This document shows positions 47,847 through 55,967 of a DNA stretch of 61,430 nucleotides, one piece after another (the stretch's first letter is position 1; the number at the start of each line of letters is the position of its first letter). A model generated the notes under the pieces. The model was given only the letters and a program-made list of their open reading frames with translations, did not search any database and was not told the DNA's origin. The stretch spans positions 1 to 61,430 of the IMG/VR virus record IMGVR_UViG_3300025574_000085; one strand, 5' to 3'. Origin of the DNA: a virus (lineage: Duplodnaviria; Caudoviricetes). The translations under genes and the position numbers were made by a program.

Positions 47847-48106
47847 TATCTCGCTGCCAGTCGCCGGATCTCGTCGCGCATGTCCGGTCGCCGCACGGCT
47901 GTCTCCATCGTGGCGCACGGCAGGCGGCGGCCGGTCAGCGTCCGGTAGCCGTCGAAGCCGCCCTCGCGGTAGGTGCGGTGCCAGAGCGCACGATCCCAGA
48001 CAACGAACCGGCGCTCACCGGTCCTGATGTCATCGGTGTACTGCTCAATGCCGATGATCACGTCCAGGTCAGGGTCGGGCGGTGGCGGTTCCGGTGGCAT
48101 AGCCAC
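47846..48106 (-). CDS. hypothetical protein
   Basis: 86 aa ORF with coupled stop/start. Confidence 0.5.
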   Translation of the reverse strand: MAMPPEPPPPDPDLDVIIGIEQYTDDIRTGERRFVVWDRALWHRTYREGGFDGYRTLTGRRLPCATMETAVRRPDMRDEIRRLAAR

Positions 48107-48108
48107 GG

Positions 48109-48681
48109 TCAGCTGGTGCCGTACTTGGTCAGGCCGTCCTGCGTCGTGCCCGGGTAGTCGCCGCCAGCATTGCCGGTCTCGTCTGATTCGTCGGACATGG
48201 TGCCCGTCTCCGGGGGCAGGCCCGGGATGCCGGAACCGCCGCCGAGTCCCGCCGTGAACTGCGGCACCCCGTCCTGCGTGGTGCCCGGGTACTCACTGGT
48301 GTGCCCCTGGATCGGGTTCTCCATCGCCGCGCCCGGCGAGATGTCGGCGCTCTCGTAGTCGGGGAAGCCGGTCAGGATGGACACGGCCCCGTACCCCTGC
48401 GGCGAGTTCAGGAACGCTTCGGCGGCAGCCTGCCGGGGGCTGTGCATGTCACCGAGCCCCGCACCCGTGGGCACGCCCTCCGAGCCGCCGGTCAGCGCCT
48501 GTGCCGCCGCGACAGCGCCGGTGAGCGCCGCGATGTCCTGCGGGGCGGAGATGTCGTAATCGGCCGGGCCGATGCCCTCCGGGGTGACCTGCGCCCAGCC
48601 GGCCGCGTCGCCGGGGCTGTCCTGCGGCGTCACCGGGTCCGGCGCGCCAGCAGGGTCAGGGGACTGGAAGAACTGAGACAT
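48109..48681 (-). CDS. acidic low-complexity protein
   Basis: D/E/G/P-rich; YPGTTQDG occurs twice. Confidence 0.6.
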   Translation of the reverse strand: MSQFFQSPDPAGAPDPVTPQDSPGDAAGWAQVTPEGIGPADYDISAPQDIAALTGAVAAAQALTGGSEGVPTGAGLGDMHSPRQAAAEAFLNSPQGYGAVSILTGFPDYESADISPGAAMENPIQGHTSEYPGTTQDGVPQFTAGLGGGSGIPGLPPETGTMSDESDETGNAGGDYPGTTQDGLTKYGTS

Positions 48682-48920
48682 CATTTCTCCTCTGGAGACA
48701 TCAGCGCCTGCCGGCGGTGCCGCATGCACGACCGGAACCCCGTAGCAGGATTCCGGTGACCCGCGATCCGCCAGCAGCCCTTCTCATGGCAGTTCAGGTG
48801 ATGCCAGATCACGACCACGATCGCGAACTCGCCCAGGTCGGAACCAGGCCCGGACCAGAATAGATAGACCGGCCCCGAGCCGTTATCCAGGCCCAGGACG
48901 TGCGCCAGCCAGTGCGGCAC
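48681..48920 (-). CDS. small membrane protein
   Basis: YLFWSG.GSDLGE...NCHEKGCWRI. Confidence 0.55.
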   Translation of the reverse strand: MPHWLAHVLGLDNGSGPVYLFWSGPGSDLGEFAIVVVIWHHLNCHEKGCWRIAGHRNPATGFRSCMRHRRQALMSPEEK

Positions 48921-48929
48921 TCAGCCCGG

Positions 48930-49433
48930 CTAGGCGGGGTTGGTCTCAGGGAAGAACGGCCCCTCGAACGGCGGGTTATCCGGGCCGTTCGTGCCCACCG
49001 CGGGATTCATCGGCGACTGCGGCAGGTCCATCAGGTCCCCGTACGTGGACCCCTGGCCGAACGTGTCGCCCTGGAACTCCTGCCAGCGCCCGGTAGCGTT
49101 CGCCACCGCGCCGGCCACCGTGGCGGACACGTCGTCGCGGCCGCCCGCGTCCGGGTCACCAGCGGCGTCGATGGGAGACAGCGCGCCCGGGTAGTACGGG
49201 GCATCCACCGTCCCCGCGGCCAGGTCATGCGCGGACGGGTCCTCGGTCGTGCCCAGGTTCGTGACACCAGCCATCACCGATGCCGCCCCATCCCCCAGCG
49301 GCCCCAGGTCCGCCGCATAGCCCGGCGGCTCCGGGGACAGATCCGTCCCGCCGTACGGCACCGGCGCCGGGCCCGAGTTCGGCGCGGCGGGCATCTGCGG
49401 GGCGTCACCCGGGCTGCCGTGGATCTCAGCCAT
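48930..49433 (-). CDS. acidic Pro/Gly-rich protein
   Basis: 167 aa ORF after the capsid gene. Confidence 0.6.
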   Translation of the reverse strand: MAEIHGSPGDAPQMPAAPNSGPAPVPYGGTDLSPEPPGYAADLGPLGDGAASVMAGVTNLGTTEDPSAHDLAAGTVDAPYYPGALSPIDAAGDPDAGGRDDVSATVAGAVANATGRWQEFQGDTFGQGSTYGDLMDLPQSPMNPAVGTNGPDNPPFEGPFFPETNPA

Positions 49434-49678
49434 CAGGACTTGCCGCCGGCCGGTGCCTTCTCGGGCGCCGCAGCCTTCGCCTCACTTTTGGCAGGCGCCT
49501 CATCATCGCCGCCGCCCAGGTCCAGCGGCCGGAACAGCCCCCCGGACCCCTCCCGGTCCCGGCGCACCAGCTCATGACCGAACGGCAGGATCTGCCCCTT
49601 CGTCACCAGCTGATCCGACCCGTCCTTCATCGTCGCCACAAACGTGTCCGTCGCCTGCATCGGCTGCTGCTGCGCCAT
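49433..49678 (-). CDS. small head-region protein
   Basis: V.KGQ...GHELV...LF. Confidence 0.6.
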   Translation of the reverse strand: MAQQQPMQATDTFVATMKDGSDQLVTKGQILPFGHELVRRDREGSGGLFRPLDLGGGDDEAPAKSEAKAAAPEKAPAGGKS

Positions 49679-49688
49679 TCTGAGTCTC

Positions 49689-50228
49689 CTAAAGTTCCGG
49701 TCCCGACGGATGCACCGCGAGGTACTGCAGCCGCCCCGGGCTCACGTGGTTCGTCCCGGCCACCGGCACCGTCGTCACGAACGCATTCGGGTTCGCCACC
49801 ACCGCCGGGTGCGTGCTGTCCCGCAAAGAGCCCGCCTCCGTCAGCATCGAGCTGATCTCCGCGGTGCTCACGGCCGGAGGGACCGCCGCCGTGCCTGCGG
49901 TGCCCGTGTCCGTGTAGGCCACCACCGCGCCCAGCGTCGCCACCAGAACATTCTCCGTGTTCGTCACCGTGCCGCGGTACACCTTCACCCCGGTCGTGCC
50001 CGCCGGGAGGGCCGCCCAGGTGAGCGACGCGGTCCCGTTCAGCGCCACCGCCGTCGTCGCCTCATTCGAGACGACCGTCTCGCCGCGGCCGTTCAGCCCG
50101 GTGATCTTCCAGAAGTAGGTCGCCGCCGCGAACGACCCGCCGCCCACGTTCGGCGACGCGGCCAGCGTCGACGGCGGCGCCAGGATCGTCGCGAGGACGA
50201 AACTGTCCGTGCAGTAGCGTGCGGCCAT
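49689..50228 (-). CDS. putative head decoration (Ig/FN3-like) protein
   Basis: YFWKIT...GET..SNE...LTW...VKVYRG...YTDTG. Confidence 0.55.
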   Translation of the reverse strand: MAARYCTDSFVLATILAPPSTLAASPNVGGGSFAAATYFWKITGLNGRGETVVSNEATTAVALNGTASLTWAALPAGTTGVKVYRGTVTNTENVLVATLGAVVAYTDTGTAGTAAVPPAVSTAEISSMLTEAGSLRDSTHPAVVANPNAFVTTVPVAGTNHVSPGRLQYLAVHPSGPEL

Positions 50229-50230
50229 CC

Positions 50231-50896
50231 TTAGCCTGCCTTTCCGGCCAGCATGTCCAGCATGGCAGCCGCGTGATACTCCGCGATGTACTCCATCAAG
50301 TCCTCGACGCGCTGGCCCGTCGGCTGCATGATCAGCCAGAGTTCCAGGTTGCCCGGGTCGTTGTCGTGCTTGATGCCGTTCTTGTGGTGGACGTTCTCAA
50401 GGCCCACGAGGCGTCGGCCGAGTTGCTGTTCCATCACGAGCACGTGCGCCAGGACCCGGCGGCCGTCCGGCATCGTGCGCCGGACGTAGCCTTCCTTGCC
50501 CGGCTTGACGACACCCCTGGCGCGCATCGGCTGCGCGGGCCCGACTTCGCCGGTACGGCGCAAGCGCTCGCCGTGCAAATGGCAGTAGGTCGCGCCCTTG
50601 CGACGCCGATCGCAGCCCTCGACCGCGCAAATCGGATCGGGCGCGGGCATGCGGCCTTTCTTCACAAGTCCCGCCGGGCCCGGCTCGCCGTGAGCCCGGA
50701 CGCGGGAACGGTGCATCGCGCAGTAGCCGCGCGACTCCGTGTCCCTTTCGCAACCCTCAACCGAGCATTGAGCCTTTGGCTGCCAGGGACGAGCTTCGAG
50801 ACTTCCGCTGCGGTGCAACCGGGTGTAGTGGAGCCGGCAAAGCCCGCGCGCCACTACGACCCGGTTGCATCCGTCGACACTGCATATCTGGTCCAT
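50231..50896 (-). CDS. free-standing HNH endonuclease with three Cys-repeat domains
   Basis: C.V.GC...C..H three times; HVLVME..LGR...ENVHHKNG.K.DN...NLELW. Confidence 0.88.
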   Translation of the reverse strand: MDQICSVDGCNRVVVARGLCRLHYTRLHRSGSLEARPWQPKAQCSVEGCERDTESRGYCAMHRSRVRAHGEPGPAGLVKKGRMPAPDPICAVEGCDRRRKGATYCHLHGERLRRTGEVGPAQPMRARGVVKPGKEGYVRRTMPDGRRVLAHVLVMEQQLGRRLVGLENVHHKNGIKHDNDPGNLELWLIMQPTGQRVEDLMEYIAEYHAAAMLDMLAGKAG

Positions 50897-50931
50897 ACCT
50901 GGTAGTTTACCAGAATATAAACCAGAATTTG

Positions 50932-51003
50932 TCACAGGCCCTTCATTACCCTGAACGCCCCGGGAACGGCGACCTGCGAGGATGTGCGCCAGAACATGAA
51001 CCA
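50932..51003 (-). CDS. major capsid protein exon 2
   Basis: WFMFWRTSSQVAVPGAFRVMKGL*, in frame after splicing; typical HK97 capsid C-terminus. Confidence 0.85.
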   Translation of the reverse strand, partial: WFMFWRTSSQVAVPGAFRVMKGL

Positions 51004-51279
51004 CGGATTGTTACTCACTCATCACAGTAAGTGAGGCCAGGTCATTTCTGCCTGGCTCTGCATCTTTTCCATCGATGCAGACCGGACTATAACTTCACCT
51101 GCGGTGCACTGCCCCTATTGCACTCGGGGCAGGTCCCATAACACAGGTGCCACACGCTTAGTCTCTACGGAACCCTGAATGCGAGGTTTCCACGGTATTC
51201 CCCACGAACTCGGAGGGGTTCACCGTTACGGTGCGGTTTTCACTGACCGATCACTCGGTCAGGCGGCCAGTTCGAATTG
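51004..51279 (-). ncRNA. group I self-splicing intron (276 nt, no ORF)
   Basis: 5' splice after U with U-G pair in P1 (CGGU|CA..UGGCCG); P2 hairpin CUGACCGA-GUGA-UCGGUCAG; core GUAGAGACUA / GUUAUAGUCC; terminal G; P10 GAACUG:UGGUUC. Confidence 0.88.
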
Positions 51280-52656
51280 ACCGGCTTGCCCTGACGGAAG
51301 CGACGAACCAGAGCCCTTAACGAGGGGCTCGTAAATAAGACTAACCCCCACACGGTCGACCACTATGAACTGCCCGAAGTCGCCCATGACGGCTTCGAGG
51401 CTGCCGATGGAGGTGGTGCCGGACATGGTGGTGGACTCGTAGATCGGGGCGCCCAGCAGCGTCTCGGGCTGGCCTTTCCCCAAATTCGTCCAAAAACTCG
51501 CACCTCCAGCCGTGTCAAGCTGGCGGAACTTGTTGATAATCGCGACGTTCGCGACCCACGCGGCACCCGGCGCGTTGCGGAACCGCGGCGGCAGCGCGCC
51601 CTGGACGGCGTAGATGTCGCCGACCGCGATGACCAGCGTGGTCGCCGTGGTGACCACGGTGGTCGCGCCGGTGATGACGCCCGCCGGGACGCCGCCGGAA
51701 CCCGCGCCGGTCGCGAAGGCGGCCTCTTCCAGCCGGTCCTTCGCGTCTGCGAGAAGACGCGGGAGCTGCTGGCCGAAGTCGGTGTCCTCCAGCACTTCGT
51801 AGGAACCGAACACCCACGCCGCAGCCTTCTGCGGGGTGATCTGGACGTTCCCCACGGTTGGGGTGCTGTCGGTGGACGTCGTGCCTTCAGTGAGCCACGC
51901 CGCGCTGACACCGGCCGACGTGACGCCGTTCCACGTGTTGCTGGTCGTCTGCTTGACGTTGCTGATCCGCCGCCACGGGTTCGCGGAGCCGGTGTTGGTG
52001 AGGATGATCGTCGGGTCCAGCACGAACGGCAGCAGGTAGCCGCCGTTGGCCAGGGTCAGGGTCAGCGCGGCGCGCTGTGCCATTCCCTGCGGGTCTTCCA
52101 CGTAGGCGCGGAAGGTTTCCTGGTAGTCCTCGGAGCCGGTGAGCAGGATGTGCTCGGCGACGCCGCGGCCGTAGGTGCCGGGGTTCTCCTGGACCATGCG
52201 GGTGGCGTTCTCCGCGAAGTCCTGTGCCAGGTTTCCCCGCTTGGCCTCAAGCTCAACGGCGTCGAACGCGCGGCCGCGGAGCTCAGGGGTGCGGATCATG
52301 TGGGAGCGGACCGCGTCCGGGTCCTCGTACGGGTCCCGGTAGCGGCTGGTCACCAGGTCGGGGCTGCCGCCGCGGTACGGGGTGCCGCGGCGGGCGCTCC
52401 CGTTCCCGTTGCCGTTCCCGTCGCCGTCGGGCCGTTCGAGGTTGGCCTCGTCGTCGGTGGCTCGGGTGATGCCCCGGATCTTCTCCATCCGCTCGATGAT
52501 CGGCTTGGAGTCGGCGTCGAGCCCTTCCCACCGGTCCAGGAGGGTGTCGCGGTAGTTGCCGTCGTCCTCTTCGGTGACGGACTCGTCGGTCTCCATCCGC
52601 TGGAGTTCCTGCTTGATCCTCGCCATCTCGTCGAGGATGTCCTTCAGTGCGGTCAA
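51280..52656 (-). CDS. major capsid protein exon 1 (HK97 fold with delta domain)
   Basis: TTG start inferred; GGYLLP..LDPTII, AAWLTEG, LLGAPIYES, GDFGQFIVVDRVG. Confidence 0.92.
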
Positions 52657-52681
52657 GGGGGCCGCCTCACTTTCGGTCTGG

Positions 52682-53980
52682 TTACCAGACCAGCCCGGCC
52701 TTCTCCCGCGCGTCCTTGGCGCGGAGCACGTAGAGGGCGTGCTGGTGATACCGGGCCGAGTGCTCGCCGCCGTCAGGCGTGAGCGGGTCGCCGGGGGCGG
52801 GTCCCTCATCGGGGGGAGTGCCGGGGTCTTGCTCCTCGTCCGGGTCCGGGCTCCAGGAGCCGGGAGTGGACATACGGACGCCGAGGATCTCGGCGCCCGT
52901 GTAGGCGGGCCACAGCACCGGGCCGTAGTCCCGCAGGCCCAGTTCGGTGCGGCGCACCACCGGGAGTTCACCGCCGCGCGGGCGGTACTTGTCACCCATC
53001 CGCAGCTGCGGATCGGATCGCATGATCCCGCCGACGAACGACTGCGCGGTGATCGCGCCGCTGCGGATGTTCTCCAGCACCTCATCGGCCAGCGGGGTCT
53101 CGCTGTAGCGGGTGCGGGTCAGCACTCCCCGCGCCTCCGCGCGGATGCCGTCCTCGACGGGGACGCCGATTGGCATGGAGAACCGGTCGGACGGGTTTCC
53201 GGCCAGGTCCCGGCCGTGGTTCCACAGGACCTTCACTGAGGCGGGGAAACCGCCGCGGGACCGCTGCGCGTGGTCGATCGCGCGGTTGAACGCGCCCGGG
53301 TCGATCGTCTCCAGGTAATGGCCCTGGTGGTCCTGGATCTCGGCTTCCTGGTTGAATACCGCCGCGTACGCCTCGACGGTGCGGCCGTCGCCGCCGTCCG
53401 CGGAGCGCAGGATGTGGATGTCCTCCAGCGGGTAGATCCGCATGAACTCCGCGCGGGACGCTGGCTTGCTGTCATCGCTGCTCACATCAACTCCGAGCCT
53501 CTTAGCCGCAGCTTTTATCTTCGGCATGGCCTTGTCACCGAACGGGGACTGCGGGGCGCGGCCGAGCGCGTCGCGGACGTGCGCGGCGTCGTGGACCGGG
53601 AAGTGCCGCAGCGAGCGGGGGACCGTCCGGCCGGAGCCGTCCTTGGTGCCGCCGGGCTCGATATGGGCGAACGCGCTGTCGGGCAGGTTGTTGACGCTCG
53701 CGGAGGCCATCTCCGCGCGCTCCGCTGTTGCCGTCACCAATGACCTCCCGGTCGCCTTCTTGTCCATTGCCGCGTGCTGCGCCGGGTACATGCCGGTAGC
53801 GGCCTTGTGCGCCAGATTGCAGTAGCCCTCGGCGTCGTCGATGTACTTGCCCAGGTGCTCGACGCACCGGGCGAAGTCCGACGGCTCGCCCCAGCGGATC
53901 TTCGCGGCGCCCTCGCCGTGCACCCAGTAGGCGTGCAGCCGCTCGGTGTCCCCCGGATGAGCTGCAGCGCCGCCTGCCAT
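52682..53980 (-). CDS. HK97-type prohead protease with extra N-terminal domains
   Basis: EAYAAVFN...ETIDPGAF...VLWNHG...QSFVG...PAYTGA; N-terminal GAAKIRWG and LPDSAFA domains. Confidence 0.85.
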   Translation of the reverse strand: MAGGAAAHPGDTERLHAYWVHGEGAAKIRWGEPSDFARCVEHLGKYIDDAEGYCNLAHKAATGMYPAQHAAMDKKATGRSLVTATAERAEMASASVNNLPDSAFAHIEPGGTKDGSGRTVPRSLRHFPVHDAAHVRDALGRAPQSPFGDKAMPKIKAAAKRLGVDVSSDDSKPASRAEFMRIYPLEDIHILRSADGGDGRTVEAYAAVFNQEAEIQDHQGHYLETIDPGAFNRAIDHAQRSRGGFPASVKVLWNHGRDLAGNPSDRFSMPIGVPVEDGIRAEARGVLTRTRYSETPLADEVLENIRSGAITAQSFVGGIMRSDPQLRMGDKYRPRGGELPVVRRTELGLRDYGPVLWPAYTGAEILGVRMSTPGSWSPDPDEEQDPGTPPDEGPAPGDPLTPDGGEHSARYHQHALYVLRAKDAREKAGLVW

Positions 53981-54462
53981 CAGAGCTTCCCGGCCTGTGC
54001 GACCAGCGCCCGGGCATTGGACAGCAGGACGTGGATCTGGTGCTGCAGGTGGGCCACGTGCGCCTTGTGCGCCGACAGCTTGTGCTTCGTGGTGGCGGCC
54101 TTCTTGTGCGCGGTGACGGCCTTTTTCACCGTGGTCGCCTTCTTCGCCGCCGTGGTCGCCTTCTTCGCCGCTGTGGTGTGCGCGGCCGTCTGCTTCTGCA
54201 CCGTGGCCAGCTGGGCCATCAGCGTGTGCGCCTGGGCGCGGAGCGCGGCGGCCTGCGCGAGCAGCTGCGCCTTGCGGGCTGCGTTCGGATTGGCCGCGCT
54301 CTTGCCGCCGCCGGTGCCGCCCGTGGCCGCGCTGCCGCCGCCGCCGCTGGAGGACGCGAACTGGCCGCCGGTGGGGCCGCCGGCCGCGGCGTGGGTCATG
54401 TTGAACCGCTGCGCGCCCGCCGCCCACTCACCAGCCCAGCGGGATGACCACGAGTCAGGCAT
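53980..54462 (-). CDS. basic histone-H1-like Lys/Ala/Thr-rich protein
   Basis: GGQF motif; AKKATT repeats. Confidence 0.6.
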   Translation of the reverse strand: MPDSWSSRWAGEWAAGAQRFNMTHAAAGGPTGGQFASSSGGGGSAATGGTGGGKSAANPNAARKAQLLAQAAALRAQAHTLMAQLATVQKQTAAHTTAAKKATTAAKKATTVKKAVTAHKKAATTKHKLSAHKAHVAHLQHQIHVLLSNARALVAQAGKL

Positions 54463-54495
54463 GGCTGCGTTTTCACCTCGCATTGATGCGCGCAC

Positions 54496-54504
54496 TGATA
54501 CGCT
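54496..54504 (+). promoter_or_regulatory. putative extended -10 promoter for the repeat/RAMP cassette
   Basis: TGATACGCT, 7 nt upstream of the first repeat unit. Confidence 0.4.
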
Positions 54505-54511
54505 GGCGTCT

Positions 54512-54588
54512 AACACAGCCCAGCGGAGCTGAGCCAAGCCCAGCCCGGCATGGCATAGCGGAGCTGAGCCAAGCAGAGCAGAGCACAG
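54512..54588 (+). repeat. RGC-NN pentamer array 1 (putative guide RNA)
   Basis: About 15 units with strict 5-nt period; ends AGCACAG. Confidence 0.85.
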
Positions 54589-54607
54589 TCCCCACGGAAG
54601 GAACCCG

Positions 54608-55216
54608 ATGCGAACCGAGACCAAGGCACGGCTGGAGCTGACCGGCGTGACGCCGCTCGTCGTCAACAACGCCCAGCTCGCCGACCCGACGAACGACTAT
54701 GCGATGAAGATCAGGACCATCACCGATAAGGGCATCAAGATGACTCCCGAGGAGCGCGAGCAGAAGGAAGCGCTCCAGTGGGCTGGAAGTCTCTACGTCG
54801 CCGACGACGGCCACCTGGTCTTCCCCGGCCGGAACTTCATCCGCGCGTTCCGCGACGTCGCGCCTGCGTTCAAGTCGGGCGCGGACATCGACCGCGGCGG
54901 CGTCATGATCGCCGAGACCGAGGTGGACATTCAGCACGACGGCCCGGCCGACCGCCGCGAGCTATGGGAGAACCCGCGTTACCGGTTCCGCACTGTCGTC
55001 AACGGCAATCCGACCAAGGGGCCGAAGGGCGGCAAGGTCGTATCGATGCGGCCGGTGTTCCCCGTCTGGGCGATGACGGTCAACGTCGTCGTGTTCGCGG
55101 ACATCCTCGGCTGGGACAAGTTCGAGCTGATCATCGACGCGGCCGGAGCGCAGGGCATCGGCAACGCCCGCAAGCTCGGCTACGGCCGGTTCACCGCCAA
55201 GGTCACCAAGCTCTAA
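54608..55216 (+). CDS. stand-alone Cas7/RAMP-like protein (VIPR-like)
   Basis: LTGVTPLVVNN, LY...P..NF..AF, RPVFPVW, and C-terminal Gly loop GIGNARKLGYGRF. Confidence 0.75.
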   Translation: MRTETKARLELTGVTPLVVNNAQLADPTNDYAMKIRTITDKGIKMTPEEREQKEALQWAGSLYVADDGHLVFPGRNFIRAFRDVAPAFKSGADIDRGGVMIAETEVDIQHDGPADRRELWENPRYRFRTVVNGNPTKGPKGGKVVSMRPVFPVWAMTVNVVVFADILGWDKFELIIDAAGAQGIGNARKLGYGRFTAKVTKL

Positions 55217-55222
55217 AGCCGT

Positions 55223-55359
55223 AGCCCAGCTAAGCCCAGCGCAGCCCAGCTAAGCGGAGCCGAGCGAAGCACAGCACAGCGAAGCAAAGCAGGGCGCAGC
55301 GGAGCGCAGCTTGGCGTAGCACAGTGCAGCGGAGCTAAGCCCAGCAGAGCACAGCACAG
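55223..55359 (+). repeat. RGC-NN pentamer array 2 (putative guide RNA or RNAs)
   Basis: 27 contiguous 5-nt units (24 AGC, 2 GGC, 1 AGT); ends AGCACAGCACAG. Confidence 0.9.
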
Positions 55360-55368
55360 AAAGGATTC

Positions 55369-55881
55369 ATGATGAGCCCCTTCCCCCCGAAAGGGTCACG
55401 GGCGCTGCGGATCATCGTCACGGAGATGGCAGCCGCCGCCGAGTACGGCGACGTGCTGACCTTCACCGAACTGGCGCAGGCCATCGAAGCCGAGGACGAC
55501 GACGCCGGCCACGCGCAAGTCAGGCAGGTTGTCAGCGCCGCCCGGCCCCTGCTCCTCGCCGACCACGGCCGCGCGCTGGTCGCCGTCCGCGGCAAGGGCT
55601 ACCGCGTCGCACTGCCCGGCGAGATGGCCGGGATAGCGCAGGATCACCGGCGGCGGGCCGACCGGCAGGTCGGCAAAGCCCTCGCCGTAATCGACCAGGC
55701 CGACATGACCGCCGCGACCGATGAGGAACGCCAACGGTTCCAGGCGGTCGGCGTCGTCATCCGCAACCTGCACTCACGCATGACATCGGCTGAACAGCGC
55801 CTCGCCGACCTTGAAGACGCCGTATTCGGCCAGAAGCCGCGTCAGAAGGTCATCCCCGGCGAGGTCGAGAAAGAGAACTGA
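55369..55881 (+). CDS. winged-helix plus coiled-coil accessory protein
   Basis: GDVLTFTELA...AVRGKGYRV wing motif; C-terminal heptads. Confidence 0.65.
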   Translation: MMSPFPPKGSRALRIIVTEMAAAAEYGDVLTFTELAQAIEAEDDDAGHAQVRQVVSAARPLLLADHGRALVAVRGKGYRVALPGEMAGIAQDHRRRADRQVGKALAVIDQADMTAATDEERQRFQAVGVVIRNLHSRMTSAEQRLADLEDAVFGQKPRQKVIPGEVEKEN

Positions 55882-55892
55882 GCGGAACTCTC

Positions 55893-55964
55893 AGCACAGC
55901 TCAGCCCAGCGGAGCGAAGCGGAGCGGAGCAAAGCCAGGCACAGCCGAGCCCAGCACAGCACAG
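55893..55964 (+). repeat. RGC-NN pentamer array 3 (putative guide matching the portal 3' end)
   Basis: 14 contiguous units; ends AGCACAGCACAG. Confidence 0.9.
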
Positions 55965-55967
55965 GTT

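Noticed and set aside
51259-53085. 608 aa capsid ORF as given in the track
   Set aside because: Its N-terminal part overlaps the protease gene (real start ~52656), and the QFELAA end is intron sequence
55223-55277. Array 2 first half (P-Y-G-R-D-T reading) matching the tail protein PYGRSDT
   Set aside because: Only four consecutive units match and a gap is needed; compatible with chance
54512-55964. CRISPR array or simple microsatellite interpretation of the repeats
   Set aside because: There are no 25-40 nt repeats with spacers. The units vary specifically at two of five positions, and one array matches a gene in gapped fashion, which slippage alone would not produce.
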